Below, one piece after another: positions 7,701 through 16,345 of a stretch of 64,000 nucleotides of DNA. Where the stretch lies: IMG/VR virus record IMGVR_UViG_3300009790_000004, positions 45,783-109,782 of that record, one strand, 5' to 3'. The notes under the pieces are model-generated. The model had not been told where the DNA came from. It made no database searches and was given only the letters and a program-made list of their open reading frames with translations. Made by a program: the position numbers and the translations under genes. Each line of letters begins with the position of its first letter. Within the stretch, counting starts at the first letter, position 1. The stretch comes from a virus.

Positions 7701-9969
7701 TAAGCAGAATGTTACTTATCTGTATCCACAACAGGATAGAGATAATATTGTAGAGAATTCTCCTGCTGCTGTATCATTTGCTCGTAGAGAACCATTAGGA
7801 AAAGTTGATCTTAATGCTTTAAGTAATTCTCTAACCAGAGAAACACTTGATAAGTTTAATAAGACATTTAATATTGGTTATGGTATTTCAGCAGTCAGTG
7901 AAGTATCTGCTGGTGTATGTACGATTACATTTGATAATCAGCATGACTTTAATGGACTTGCTACTCATGAGAATCTAGTAACTAGTGTTGGATATGCTGT
8001 AACTACAGAGTATAATACTAGGTTACTTAATGGTGGTAATTGGGATGGTGCAACTGCAACTGTAACAGTTGGTGTTGGATCTACTACTATCACTGGATTT
8101 GAAGTATTCTCACCTGGATCTGGATTCCAAGGTGGTGAGACATTAACTCTTGAAGGATTCTCTGGAGCAAGTATTGGAGTTCCTACATCTGGTATTTCTA
8201 ATGCTGTTGGTGATGTTGTTGCTATTACTGGAATTGGAACTACATCTGATGGATTGTTTAGAATAACATCTGTACCTAATAAGAATAGTATTGCTATTGC
8301 TGTAACTGCTGGTGATCCTATTGCTATTGAAGGACAATATCTATTCAGAAGTGGTCCTTCTGTTTCTATTGCTTCTACTCATTTTGATATTACAACTGGT
8401 ATAACAACTATTACTACATCTACTCCTCATGGTTTGAGGAAGGGATCTAAGTTTAGGGTTGTTGATACTAATAGTAATAAGATAGGTGAATATCTAGTAT
8501 CAACTATTGCAGGAATTAATACATTCACTACTACAACTGTTAGTGATATTAATTATGCTGCTGGTCACAAACTATATCAACAGACATATGCTGCACACAA
8601 TCAATCAGTAGAAATTAGTGAAGCTATTGGTTCAAGATACCAAAACTTATATGCAGGTGAGACCGCAACACTTAAAGAAGCAGTTACTAACCTTTCTACT
8701 ACAATTAGGGTTCAAGTTCCTAATTCTGGTATTGGTACTGATCTAAGATTTAAATTAGGTGAGTACATTGAAATAGACAAGGAGATTGTAAGGGTTTCAG
8801 AGCAAGGACTCGTAGGTGCTGGTAACGACTCTCTTAATGTTATTAGAGGTGTTCTTGGTACATTACCTGCTCCTCATGTTAGTGGTGCATTAATTAGAAA
8901 AGTAAATGCTCTCGCTGTTGAGATGCGTAGACCATCTATTCTTCGTGCATCTGGTCACACATTTGAATATCTTGGTTATGGTCCAGGTAACTATTCAACT
9001 GGTTTACCTCAGGTACAAAACAGAACTCTATCAGATGATGAAGAGTATCTAGCACAGGCACAAGAAAGATCTGCTGGTGTTGTTGTTTATACTGGTTTGA
9101 ATAACGAGGGTGATTTCTACATTGGTAATAAGAGGATCTCTTCTTCCAGTGGTAAAGAAACATCATTTGGTATTCCTATTCCTAGTGTTACTGGTGAGGC
9201 AGTATCTACCAACTCTGTAGTATTTGATGAAGTTATTGTTCGTCAAAGAATCATTGTTGAAGGTGGTCCTCAGCAAAATATATTATCTCAGTTTGATGGT
9301 CCTGTAGCATTCTCTAATGATGTTAGTTTCACTGATGATATGGTCACAAGTGGTACTGTAGAATTAGGTGGAACTATTGATATTACTGGTACATTCCCTA
9401 GCGGTGCTAAGTTGAACTGTGTTATTGTTGGTGTTGGTACTAATAAATCTGAAATTACTACTGATCCTGCATGTTCATCTGATCTTGTACTTAATGCTGC
9501 TCCTGGTTTCTCTGTTGCTATTGCAACTGATACAAGATATACTGCTGATGTAGTATTTGATAATCAGGTTACATTTAATGGATTTACATCATTCACTCAG
9601 AATGTTTACTCAACTGCTGGATTCGTCACATTCTGTGGTGGTCCTCTACATTGCTGTGATGATATTGTCGCATTCTATGGTCAATCATCTGATGCTACAT
9701 TAAAAGATAATATTGCTACATTAGATAATCCACTTGAAAAAGTAATGCAGATTCGTGGTACTGAGTTTGATTGGAAGGATGGTAATCCTAACTATCAAGG
9801 ACATGACATTGGAGTTATCGCTCAAGATGTCGAATCAGTGTTACCTGATGCAGTATCTACAAAACCAGACGGAACTAAAGGCGTTCATTACAACAAATTA
9901 ATTCCTCTACTTATTGAAGCAGTCAAGGATCTTTCCAAACAGGTGGATGATCTGAGCTCAGATAAATAA
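4723..9969 (+). CDS. Large virion/tail-fibre protein with C-terminal intramolecular chaperone (peptidase S74-type) domain
   Basis: Cyanophage fibre N-terminus (MPLNKLENFIKN..ILYVNPNDLDATD, beta-helix-like VPRGTSIVG). C-terminal SSDATLKDNI...GVIAQDVE..LPDAV...VHYNKLIPLLIEAVK is the S74 signature. Confidence 0.85.
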   Translation: MPLNKLENFIKNTEGKILYVNPNDLDATDSITNQGNSLTKPFRTIQRALLESARFSYQTGFDNDINDKTTILLFPGDHYVDNRPGFAIKKDPSDPTRAVGISPLGSQTLATAEFGLDLSSEFDLTVENNILYRFNSVHGGIIVPRGTSIVGLDLRKTKVYPLYVPNPTDEDVPNTSLFRITGNCYFWQFSMFDGKGDRLVYTDHQQFNDDNRSFPIFSHHKLTCFEYADGINDVKGYEATDLSMYYYKLSYAYQEPTGRAVTYEWPDNEGDFDTVRPEYEIVGALGSDPLEIASIISGDGNTATSQVTVTTQQPHKLSEGTPIKISGVNVSQYNISTIVQSIVNATTFTYTLSTFPNNLPATPSNIANAVATIESDTVTGASPYIFNCSLRSVYGMQGMICDGSVATGFRSMVVAQFTGISLQKDDRAFVKYNPESRLYEGITYQKVTGADLSAQSSSTNAATVYHLDSGAVYRQGWEQTHVTIRDNAVVQIVSVFAIGYNAHFLGLSGADASITNSNSNFGQFALVGDGFRPDAFPRDDQGYITHITTPQSVDTSAAKIDSVSFYQLDVDKTKQVGLSSHLYIFSFDKEDDPPLSLSQGFRVGARHDEKLYVSIGTTDYTANVLMLENKLETSGINTAALGSQNAVKKSKATTPNTLFQMTVDTIGLVTGEKIRIFSDDGDLPENIEFNKIYYAIVVSATNIKIASTFSNAINDVPIEIYGGTKLRVESRVSDKESNDIGHPIQWDATQSRWFIHVDTNNGVYPQIQSNANLIGVTGTNIAQIKRYEDKRSIEDKLYKIRYVIPKEATNSRDPVDGFILQSSSLAGYAKTSDPSATTITVGDNNFSRNPGFIAFVSESSSVVTVRTEQKHNVEVGDIVRVQDVKDSNNTSGADGVGYNGFFEVTALIDAYQFAHGTTDINGVERNTGTFVDTTNSRNLFQPRFSINDNKKNFNVYRVNVVEPYVSGANDGVYVLDLLSCDYAPPQEFTSKKYKQNVTYLYPQQDRDNIVENSPAAVSFARREPLGKVDLNALSNSLTRETLDKFNKTFNIGYGISAVSEVSAGVCTITFDNQHDFNGLATHENLVTSVGYAVTTEYNTRLLNGGNWDGATATVTVGVGSTTITGFEVFSPGSGFQGGETLTLEGFSGASIGVPTSGISNAVGDVVAITGIGTTSDGLFRITSVPNKNSIAIAVTAGDPIAIEGQYLFRSGPSVSIASTHFDITTGITTITTSTPHGLRKGSKFRVVDTNSNKIGEYLVSTIAGINTFTTTTVSDINYAAGHKLYQQTYAAHNQSVEISEAIGSRYQNLYAGETATLKEAVTNLSTTIRVQVPNSGIGTDLRFKLGEYIEIDKEIVRVSEQGLVGAGNDSLNVIRGVLGTLPAPHVSGALIRKVNALAVEMRRPSILRASGHTFEYLGYGPGNYSTGLPQVQNRTLSDDEEYLAQAQERSAGVVVYTGLNNEGDFYIGNKRISSSSGKETSFGIPIPSVTGEAVSTNSVVFDEVIVRQRIIVEGGPQQNILSQFDGPVAFSNDVSFTDDMVTSGTVELGGTIDITGTFPSGAKLNCVIVGVGTNKSEITTDPACSSDLVLNAAPGFSVAIATDTRYTADVVFDNQVTFNGFTSFTQNVYSTAGFVTFCGGPLHCCDDIVAFYGQSSDATLKDNIATLDNPLEKVMQIRGTEFDWKDGNPNYQGHDIGVIAQDVESVLPDAVSTKPDGTKGVHYNKLIPLLIEAVKDLSKQVDDLSSDK
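9961..9968 (+). promoter_or_regulatory. Late promoter GATAAATA
   Basis: Late consensus match just upstream of ATG 9996. Confidence 0.65.
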
Positions 9970-9995
9970 TAAAAAGGTCTCCTTAGCATAAGATA

Positions 9996-12797
9996 ATGCC
10001 TACCAATTATAAGACTATCATTAACTTTAGAGATGGTATCCAGGTCGATGCCAATGATCTGATCTCTAACAATGGACTGGTAGGTATCGGGACCACCATT
10101 CCAAGACAAGAACTTGATGTCCGAGGATCAATGATCGTTGAAGATCAAACTGATCTCAGACATTTGAATGTTGTTGGACAATCTACATTTTATGGTAATG
10201 TTAATCTTGGTGTTGGATACTCGGTAGGTATAGGAACTACAATTCCTGAAGCAACATTCCAAGTTGGTGTAGGAACTACAGGATTTACGGTTGATTCTAA
10301 TGGTAATGTAACTGCTGTATTATTCACTGGTTCTGGTGCTAATTTAACTGATCTTCCTACTGCTGTATGGAGTAATCCTGATCCTGGTGTTGGTAGTACG
10401 ATTAATGCTTTCAGACCTGTTGGAATTTACACTACATTACCTCAAGCAGACTTTACTGTTGGTGATGTAATTGCATTTGATGCTATTAGTGGTGTAGGTA
10501 CATTTGAACAAGTATCTGCTAAGAAATTGAACCTGACTGGTAATGCCATGCAGGGTAATATTGATATGGTTGGATCTATTGTAGGTCTTCAATCAATTAC
10601 TAATGCTAGTGGTATATGTCAATTTGCTGGTGTTGGTTCGTTTAATGGATTAAATGTTGCATCTGGTGTTATAACTGCAACTGCTGATCGTATGGTAATT
10701 AAAGGAGATAGTAAGACTATTGACTTTAATCAAGATTTTGTAAATGCTGATAAGAGAGTTGGTGTAAGATTTATTGAGACTTCTACTGGTTCAGGTATTG
10801 ATGATAAGGTTGTTAGTCAGATATTATATAATGGTGGAGTAACTGGTACTGGTGGTACTGAGAGTGGACAGATAGAAATATGGGGTGATAATGGTACTGA
10901 TAATGTTCCCAGAGTAATAATAACAAGGGAAGCAAATGTAGGTATTGGTACATCAAGATCAAGAGGATTTAATTTAGATGTAGTTGGAACTGGTACAGTC
11001 ACAGGTACTCTTGGTGCTGCTGGTGGATTCCTTGGTAATCTAGTTGGTGATATTGATGGAGTTGCTACAGTAGCAGCAGGATTAACGAACAGTCCAGATA
11101 TTACGATAGATGAGTTAAATTCTCTTGGTATTAATAGTATATTCATTAGAAATACTGGTGTATCTACATTTGGTGGAGAACTTAAGGTAGGTAATTTCCT
11201 TGGTGTTGGTGATACTACATCTACTCTTAATAAGGGTATGGGTGTTATTGGTGGTGCTGATTTCTCAGGTGGTGGTTCATTTGGTGGTGACTTAACAGTT
11301 CAAGGAGATTTATCTATTGGTGGTACATTTGGTGGATCTGTAAGTATTCAGGATGTTACTGCTGGTGAGATTATTGCTACAGGTATTATTTCAGGTACTA
11401 CATCATCTAGTGCTGTACTACATGATACAACAATAACAGGTAATGTAACTCAGGTAGCAGGTAAGAATTTCGCAGTTGGTCAGAATCTTGCCATTGGTGG
11501 AACAACTACATTTGGACCTCAAATAAACTTTGGTGATGCAACTACTGTAGTATCTGCTGCTGGAACACTTAATGCTAATTTGAGTGGTATTATTACAACG
11601 ACTAAGATTGATGTTGGTGATATTACTATTACTGGTGACTTATCATATACTGGTGGAAGTATAGCAACATTTGGACAGATATTATTAGATGGTCCTGCTG
11701 GATTTGTATCTTGCAAATCTCTTGACGCATCTACAGGTATTATTAGTTGTACAGGATTAGACGCTAGAACTGGTCAGATTACTGGTGGTGGAATGAACCT
11801 AACAGGTCCAACCACATCAAATAACTACTTTAGATCAACTGCTGGTGTATCATCATTCTTTGATGTTGATATAACTGGAGGTACTAATAGTAATCTTAGG
11901 TTAACAAGACTAGGATTCAATACTGCTTTATCTGATCTAGGTATTACTGAAGGTATTGCTCTCTGGGATAATGCTGAGATATTTGTTAAGGATTCTCCTG
12001 CTGGTGGTATTGGAATTGGAACTACAGCAGGTAAGAGATCTACTAATGTTGGATTATATGTTGGATATGGAAGAGATGCTTCAGGTAACTTTATCAATGG
12101 AGAAGCAGTATTTGAAGGTGGTGTAGGTATTGGTACTAAGGTTGGATGTGATAATGGCAACCAATTAGAAATATACAAAGAGACTACATTCCATTCATGG
12201 CATACAGGTCTAGGTGGTACTGATGCTGGTCCTGCTCGTATTGGAATTGAGACTAACAGACCACGCACAACTCTTGACTTAGGATTTGTTACTAGTGGAT
12301 TCTTGAGACTACCATCATATTACAATGGTGATCCTGGATCTACAATGCCAAGTACCACACTTGAAGATCGTGGTTGTATATTCTATGATACAAATAGCAA
12401 TACACTTCAGGTTCGTGAGAATAATGGTAATTGGGTTGGACTTGCAACTGTATTATCATTCATTAATGATCCAGGAATATATGTTGAGGAACTTGGATTC
12501 TTGGGTGGTGTGCTAACTGACTCTACACGATCTAATGCTGAAGCAAATGTACATAATATTATTCAACCTTGGGATGAAGTAGGTAACCAGTCAATTGGTT
12601 GGGGTACTGCTCATATGTGGTACAACAAAGATTATAATAAGCACCAGTATAAGACTAATCAAGGAAGTAATAACTCCTACTATAGATCATATGTTTCTAC
12701 AGGAACATCTGCTATAGATATTGAACTAGATAGTGGTGGAACTAAAGTTTATATTACTGTTCCTGGAATCGGTTCATGTACATTTACTCTCGTTTGA
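9996..12797 (+). CDS. Tail-fibre-like structural protein
   Basis: Repeated VGIGTTxP motifs and Gly/Thr-rich beta repeats typical of phage fibres. Confidence 0.8.
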   Translation: MPTNYKTIINFRDGIQVDANDLISNNGLVGIGTTIPRQELDVRGSMIVEDQTDLRHLNVVGQSTFYGNVNLGVGYSVGIGTTIPEATFQVGVGTTGFTVDSNGNVTAVLFTGSGANLTDLPTAVWSNPDPGVGSTINAFRPVGIYTTLPQADFTVGDVIAFDAISGVGTFEQVSAKKLNLTGNAMQGNIDMVGSIVGLQSITNASGICQFAGVGSFNGLNVASGVITATADRMVIKGDSKTIDFNQDFVNADKRVGVRFIETSTGSGIDDKVVSQILYNGGVTGTGGTESGQIEIWGDNGTDNVPRVIITREANVGIGTSRSRGFNLDVVGTGTVTGTLGAAGGFLGNLVGDIDGVATVAAGLTNSPDITIDELNSLGINSIFIRNTGVSTFGGELKVGNFLGVGDTTSTLNKGMGVIGGADFSGGGSFGGDLTVQGDLSIGGTFGGSVSIQDVTAGEIIATGIISGTTSSSAVLHDTTITGNVTQVAGKNFAVGQNLAIGGTTTFGPQINFGDATTVVSAAGTLNANLSGIITTTKIDVGDITITGDLSYTGGSIATFGQILLDGPAGFVSCKSLDASTGIISCTGLDARTGQITGGGMNLTGPTTSNNYFRSTAGVSSFFDVDITGGTNSNLRLTRLGFNTALSDLGITEGIALWDNAEIFVKDSPAGGIGIGTTAGKRSTNVGLYVGYGRDASGNFINGEAVFEGGVGIGTKVGCDNGNQLEIYKETTFHSWHTGLGGTDAGPARIGIETNRPRTTLDLGFVTSGFLRLPSYYNGDPGSTMPSTTLEDRGCIFYDTNSNTLQVRENNGNWVGLATVLSFINDPGIYVEELGFLGGVLTDSTRSNAEANVHNIIQPWDEVGNQSIGWGTAHMWYNKDYNKHQYKTNQGSNNSYYRSYVSTGTSAIDIELDSGGTKVYITVPGIGSCTFTLV

Positions 12798-12803
12798 TAG
12801 ACA

Positions 12804-14510
12804 ATGGCAGCAAATAATTGGAGCAAGACAACTCAACAGTTATTAACTGGTACACCAGGCACACAGATTTCATTTGGTGAGATTCGTGCTGCTATAGGTG
12901 ATACTAGCAAACCTCTGTCTGCTTCTGAATTACATAGACAGACGGATCTTGATGCACCATATGATTTTAGTCAAGGTAAATACCCATCATCAACACCAAC
13001 TCCACATTTACCTTATGTTTTAGATTCTACTGAAAATGCTAATGTTCCTACTAGTGGTGCAATAACACCACAAGATGTTAGAGGGGTTATTAAAGAATAT
13101 GTTATTGAACAGGATGCGATGTCAGAGGAGGAGAATTTTAATGTTACTTCTCTTAGTAGTCCTACAACTCCTAGCGTTAATGCTAATTGGAACTCAAATT
13201 TAAATAAGAATATAACAAAGTATCTTAAGATCAAGGGTAGACTTGTTAGTAATTCAATATCAACTCCTGCTGGTACTGCTGATGCACCATCGTCTAACTT
13301 AAATGTATATGTAAAAAATGCTCCTGCATCTTATGGTGTATATGGTGCTGGTGGTGCTATCAATCAACCAGGCGGACATGCTCTTTCTATTAGTCAACCA
13401 GCAGGTCCAGCAATTAGGAAAGTATTTGTAGAGTGTGAAGGGTCAGATGCTAGGATATATGGCGGTGGAGGAGGTGGTAAGCATGGTGTTGATGGATCGG
13501 ATGGTTCGCCTGGTAGTGGAGCAACATCGGGGTCTCCTGGGTCTCCTGGCGGTGGTGGATCAAACGGTAGTCCTGGATCCAATGGATCATCAGGATCTGG
13601 TGGAGGCAATGGTTCGCCTGGATCTCCTGGATCATGGGGATCTCCTGGTATGCAGAGGAGTACATTCCAGCAAAGACAGACTGTACAGAACAGAACAACT
13701 AATCAGAGTAGACGAACTCGTCGTAAGAGATATGGTGGTTGGCCCCGTAGTCGTCGTGGAGGTAAGCAAGAGAGACTATCAACACAAGCAACAAGTAGTG
13801 GACAATCAAGAACAACATCACAATATAAAGTAGCATGTTTCGGTGGATCTGGTGGTTCAGGTGGTAGCGGTGGATCAGGAGGATCTGGCGGTGGCGGTGG
13901 ATCAGGAGGATCTGGTGGATCAGGTGGTGGAGGAGGTTCAGGAGGATCTGGTGGTCCTGGTGGATACTCTGGAACTGGTGGAGTAAAAGGATATGCTGGT
14001 GTTGCTGCTCCTGGTCGTGGTTGGAATTATAAAACTGGTAACATAGCAGGAACATCTGGAACTCCAGGAACCCCAGGCACTCCTGGCGGTGGTGGTGGAC
14101 CTGGCACACCTGGAACTCCTGGAGGTGGAGGACAACCTGGAACTCCAGGCACTCCTGGAGGTGGAGGAGGATCTGGTGGTTCTGGAACTCCTGGAACTCC
14201 TGGCGGTTCAGCGAGTTGTGGTGCAGCATCGCCTGGAACTCCTGGCACACCTGGAACTCCTGGAGGTGGTGGATCAAGTGGATCTGATGGGCAACCTGGG
14301 CAACCTGGCGGTGGTGGATCTCCTGGAACACCTGGAACTCCAGGTAATGCAGGAACTCCTGGGCAACCTGGCGGACCTGGGCAACCTGGCGGACCTGGCG
14401 GTGACTGGGGTGAAGCAGGTGGTAACAGTGGTGGTGCTGCTGGTCGTGCAGTTAGTGGTAGTAAATATCAAGTCATACCAAACAACGGAGATATTAAGAT
14501 CATCTACTAA
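12804..14510 (+). CDS. Gly-X-X repeat fibre-tip/adhesin-like protein
   Basis: Four long G-X-X tracts (GSP, GGS, GTP, GQP). Motifs GVYGAGG, RIYGGGGGG and GGAAGRAV recall T-even gp38-type polyglycine adhesins. Central Arg-rich loop. Confidence 0.75.
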   Translation: MAANNWSKTTQQLLTGTPGTQISFGEIRAAIGDTSKPLSASELHRQTDLDAPYDFSQGKYPSSTPTPHLPYVLDSTENANVPTSGAITPQDVRGVIKEYVIEQDAMSEEENFNVTSLSSPTTPSVNANWNSNLNKNITKYLKIKGRLVSNSISTPAGTADAPSSNLNVYVKNAPASYGVYGAGGAINQPGGHALSISQPAGPAIRKVFVECEGSDARIYGGGGGGKHGVDGSDGSPGSGATSGSPGSPGGGGSNGSPGSNGSSGSGGGNGSPGSPGSWGSPGMQRSTFQQRQTVQNRTTNQSRRTRRKRYGGWPRSRRGGKQERLSTQATSSGQSRTTSQYKVACFGGSGGSGGSGGSGGSGGGGGSGGSGGSGGGGGSGGSGGPGGYSGTGGVKGYAGVAAPGRGWNYKTGNIAGTSGTPGTPGTPGGGGGPGTPGTPGGGGQPGTPGTPGGGGGSGGSGTPGTPGGSASCGAASPGTPGTPGTPGGGGSSGSDGQPGQPGGGGSPGTPGTPGNAGTPGQPGGPGQPGGPGGDWGEAGGNSGGAAGRAVSGSKYQVIPNNGDIKIIY

Positions 14511-14518
14511 ATTTCGTT

Positions 14519-15118
14519 ATGTCAATTTATTCTTTGAGTCCTTCTCCTAATTTTCATGGAGAGACAACATATCAGACATGGGAAGATGGATTCACCTCAG
14601 ATGAATGTGATCGTATCATTAAATATGGTGAATCTCTTAATCCAAGACCTGCTACTGTTGGTAATGATAGTGATACCAATGTAGTTGATAATATTCGTAC
14701 ATCTAAAACTTCTTGGATAGACTGTAATAATGACACAAAATGGTTGTATGAGCGTCTAGGTAATATACTAAGAGTAGTTAATGGTATGTTCTGGAAGTTT
14801 GATATCCGTGGATTTCATGAACATATACAATATACTGTGTATGAAGGAGATTCTAAAGGATTTTATAGGTGGCATGTAGATAATAATATGCAGTCTGATG
14901 TACCACCAAGAAAGTTGAGTATGACTGTACAATTATCTGATCCTAGTGACTATACTGGTGGAGAATTGCAATTACATAGTGGTGAAGTACAAACAGCAGT
15001 AAATAATAGAGGACATATTATATTATTTCCTAGCTATGTTCTACATAGGGTACAACCTGTCACTTCTGGTATACGCAGAAGTTTGGTAGTCTGGGCAAAT
15101 GGTCCTGGATTCAAGTGA
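14519..15118 (+). CDS. 2OG-Fe(II) hydroxylase (PKHD/prolyl-4-hydroxylase-like)
   Basis: WHVD, RKLSMTVQLSDPSDYTGGEL and FPSYVLHRVQPVTSGIRRSLV motifs. Confidence 0.9.
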   Translation: MSIYSLSPSPNFHGETTYQTWEDGFTSDECDRIIKYGESLNPRPATVGNDSDTNVVDNIRTSKTSWIDCNNDTKWLYERLGNILRVVNGMFWKFDIRGFHEHIQYTVYEGDSKGFYRWHVDNNMQSDVPPRKLSMTVQLSDPSDYTGGELQLHSGEVQTAVNNRGHIILFPSYVLHRVQPVTSGIRRSLVVWANGPGFK

Positions 15119-15120
15119 CA

Positions 15121-15175
15121 GACAGTGAAATAAGTGTCCATTCCACCCCATTCTGAGGTCAAGATCGTGTATAAT
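15121..15175 (+). promoter_or_regulatory. Early promoter with 18-bp dyad
   Basis: GACAGT-N6-AGTGTC (15121-15138), then TATAAT at 15170-15175; ATG follows at 15182. Confidence 0.75.
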
Positions 15176-15181
15176 AGAAGT

Positions 15182-16345
15182 ATGAAGAACACACATCTTG
15201 AGCATCTTGAAGACGACATCCTCAACAGTGGTGCTGTTGGTGGATTTAATGTAGTTTCGGTACTTCGCTCATTTGGTAACATGTTGACAGGCACTCAGTC
15301 TGAACTAAGTGTTACAACTAAATGGGATGGAGCACCTGCTATAGTATGTGGTACTGATCCTGTAACTGGTAGGTTCTTTGTTGGTACTAAATCTGTATTC
15401 AATAAGGTCACACCTAAAGTATGTTATGATGATGTTGATGTTGATCGTTTCTATCAAGCAGAGATACTTCGTAGGAAATTAAAGGATTGTCTTAAATATC
15501 TCTCACAATTAAACATTAAAGGTATTATTCAGGGAGACTTACTTTTCTCTTCAGGTGATAAGAAATATGCTAAGATTGGTGGACATAGAGTTATTACTTT
15601 CAATCCTAATACTATTACATATGCTGTTTCATGTAAATCTGCTCAAGGAATTGCAGTAGAAAAAGCACAAATTGGTATTGTATTTCATACAGTATATGAG
15701 GGAAATACTATACAATCTTGTAAGGCAGTATATAAAGCACCTCTATTTGTAGGAACTGAAGATATATTCATTCCTAACGCTAATTATAATGATGCTAAGG
15801 GTATTAGTCGCTTCAATAATACTGAGAGAATGAAGTATGTTGCTACTATTAATCGTGCTGAAGGATCACTTAAGAGAGCATCAAAGTTTCTTGATATTAT
15901 GCACCGTCAAGGACAATCTAGGTTCTTAATGCCATTATTATTCAAGCAATTCTTTAACACAACAATTCGTAATGGTAAGAGTATTCTTAACACTAGGAGA
16001 ACAGTTGCACAATTTGCTAAATTCTATTCTGATAAGTTAGATGCAGAAATTAATAAGAAAACAAGTGTTAAAGGTAAAGAAAGATATGAACAAATGAAAG
16101 CAGAAGGACTCAACTTTATTATTAAGTATGAGAATGAGATATACTTTACTTTCGCATCATATATTTCTATTCGTGATGCTAAGAGAATGGTAATTAAACA
16201 GTTAAATAAGGTTGGTCAAATCAGAACATATATAGGTTGCACACCAACAACTCCTGAAGGATATGTTGTTTCAACTAACAACTATGCAATGAAGTTTGTT
16301 GATGATGAATTTAGAAAAGCGAACATTCTCTTTGGCATACAATGA
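15182..16345 (+). CDS. Conserved T4-like phage protein with ligase-type nucleotidyltransferase motifs (DUF6267-like)
   Basis: MKNTHLEHLED start; TTKWDGAP (KxDG), IQGDLLF, EGYVV and MKFV resemble motifs I, III, IV and V of ATP-dependent ligases. Confidence 0.7.
   Translation: MKNTHLEHLEDDILNSGAVGGFNVVSVLRSFGNMLTGTQSELSVTTKWDGAPAIVCGTDPVTGRFFVGTKSVFNKVTPKVCYDDVDVDRFYQAEILRRKLKDCLKYLSQLNIKGIIQGDLLFSSGDKKYAKIGGHRVITFNPNTITYAVSCKSAQGIAVEKAQIGIVFHTVYEGNTIQSCKAVYKAPLFVGTEDIFIPNANYNDAKGISRFNNTERMKYVATINRAEGSLKRASKFLDIMHRQGQSRFLMPLLFKQFFNTTIRNGKSILNTRRTVAQFAKFYSDKLDAEINKKTSVKGKERYEQMKAEGLNFIIKYENEIYFTFASYISIRDAKRMVIKQLNKVGQIRTYIGCTPTTPEGYVVSTNNYAMKFVDDEFRKANILFGIQ

Noticed and set aside
13394-14550. 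Several alternative-frame and antisense ORFs
   Set aside because: Shadows of Gly/Pro codon repeats, which lack stops in other frames.
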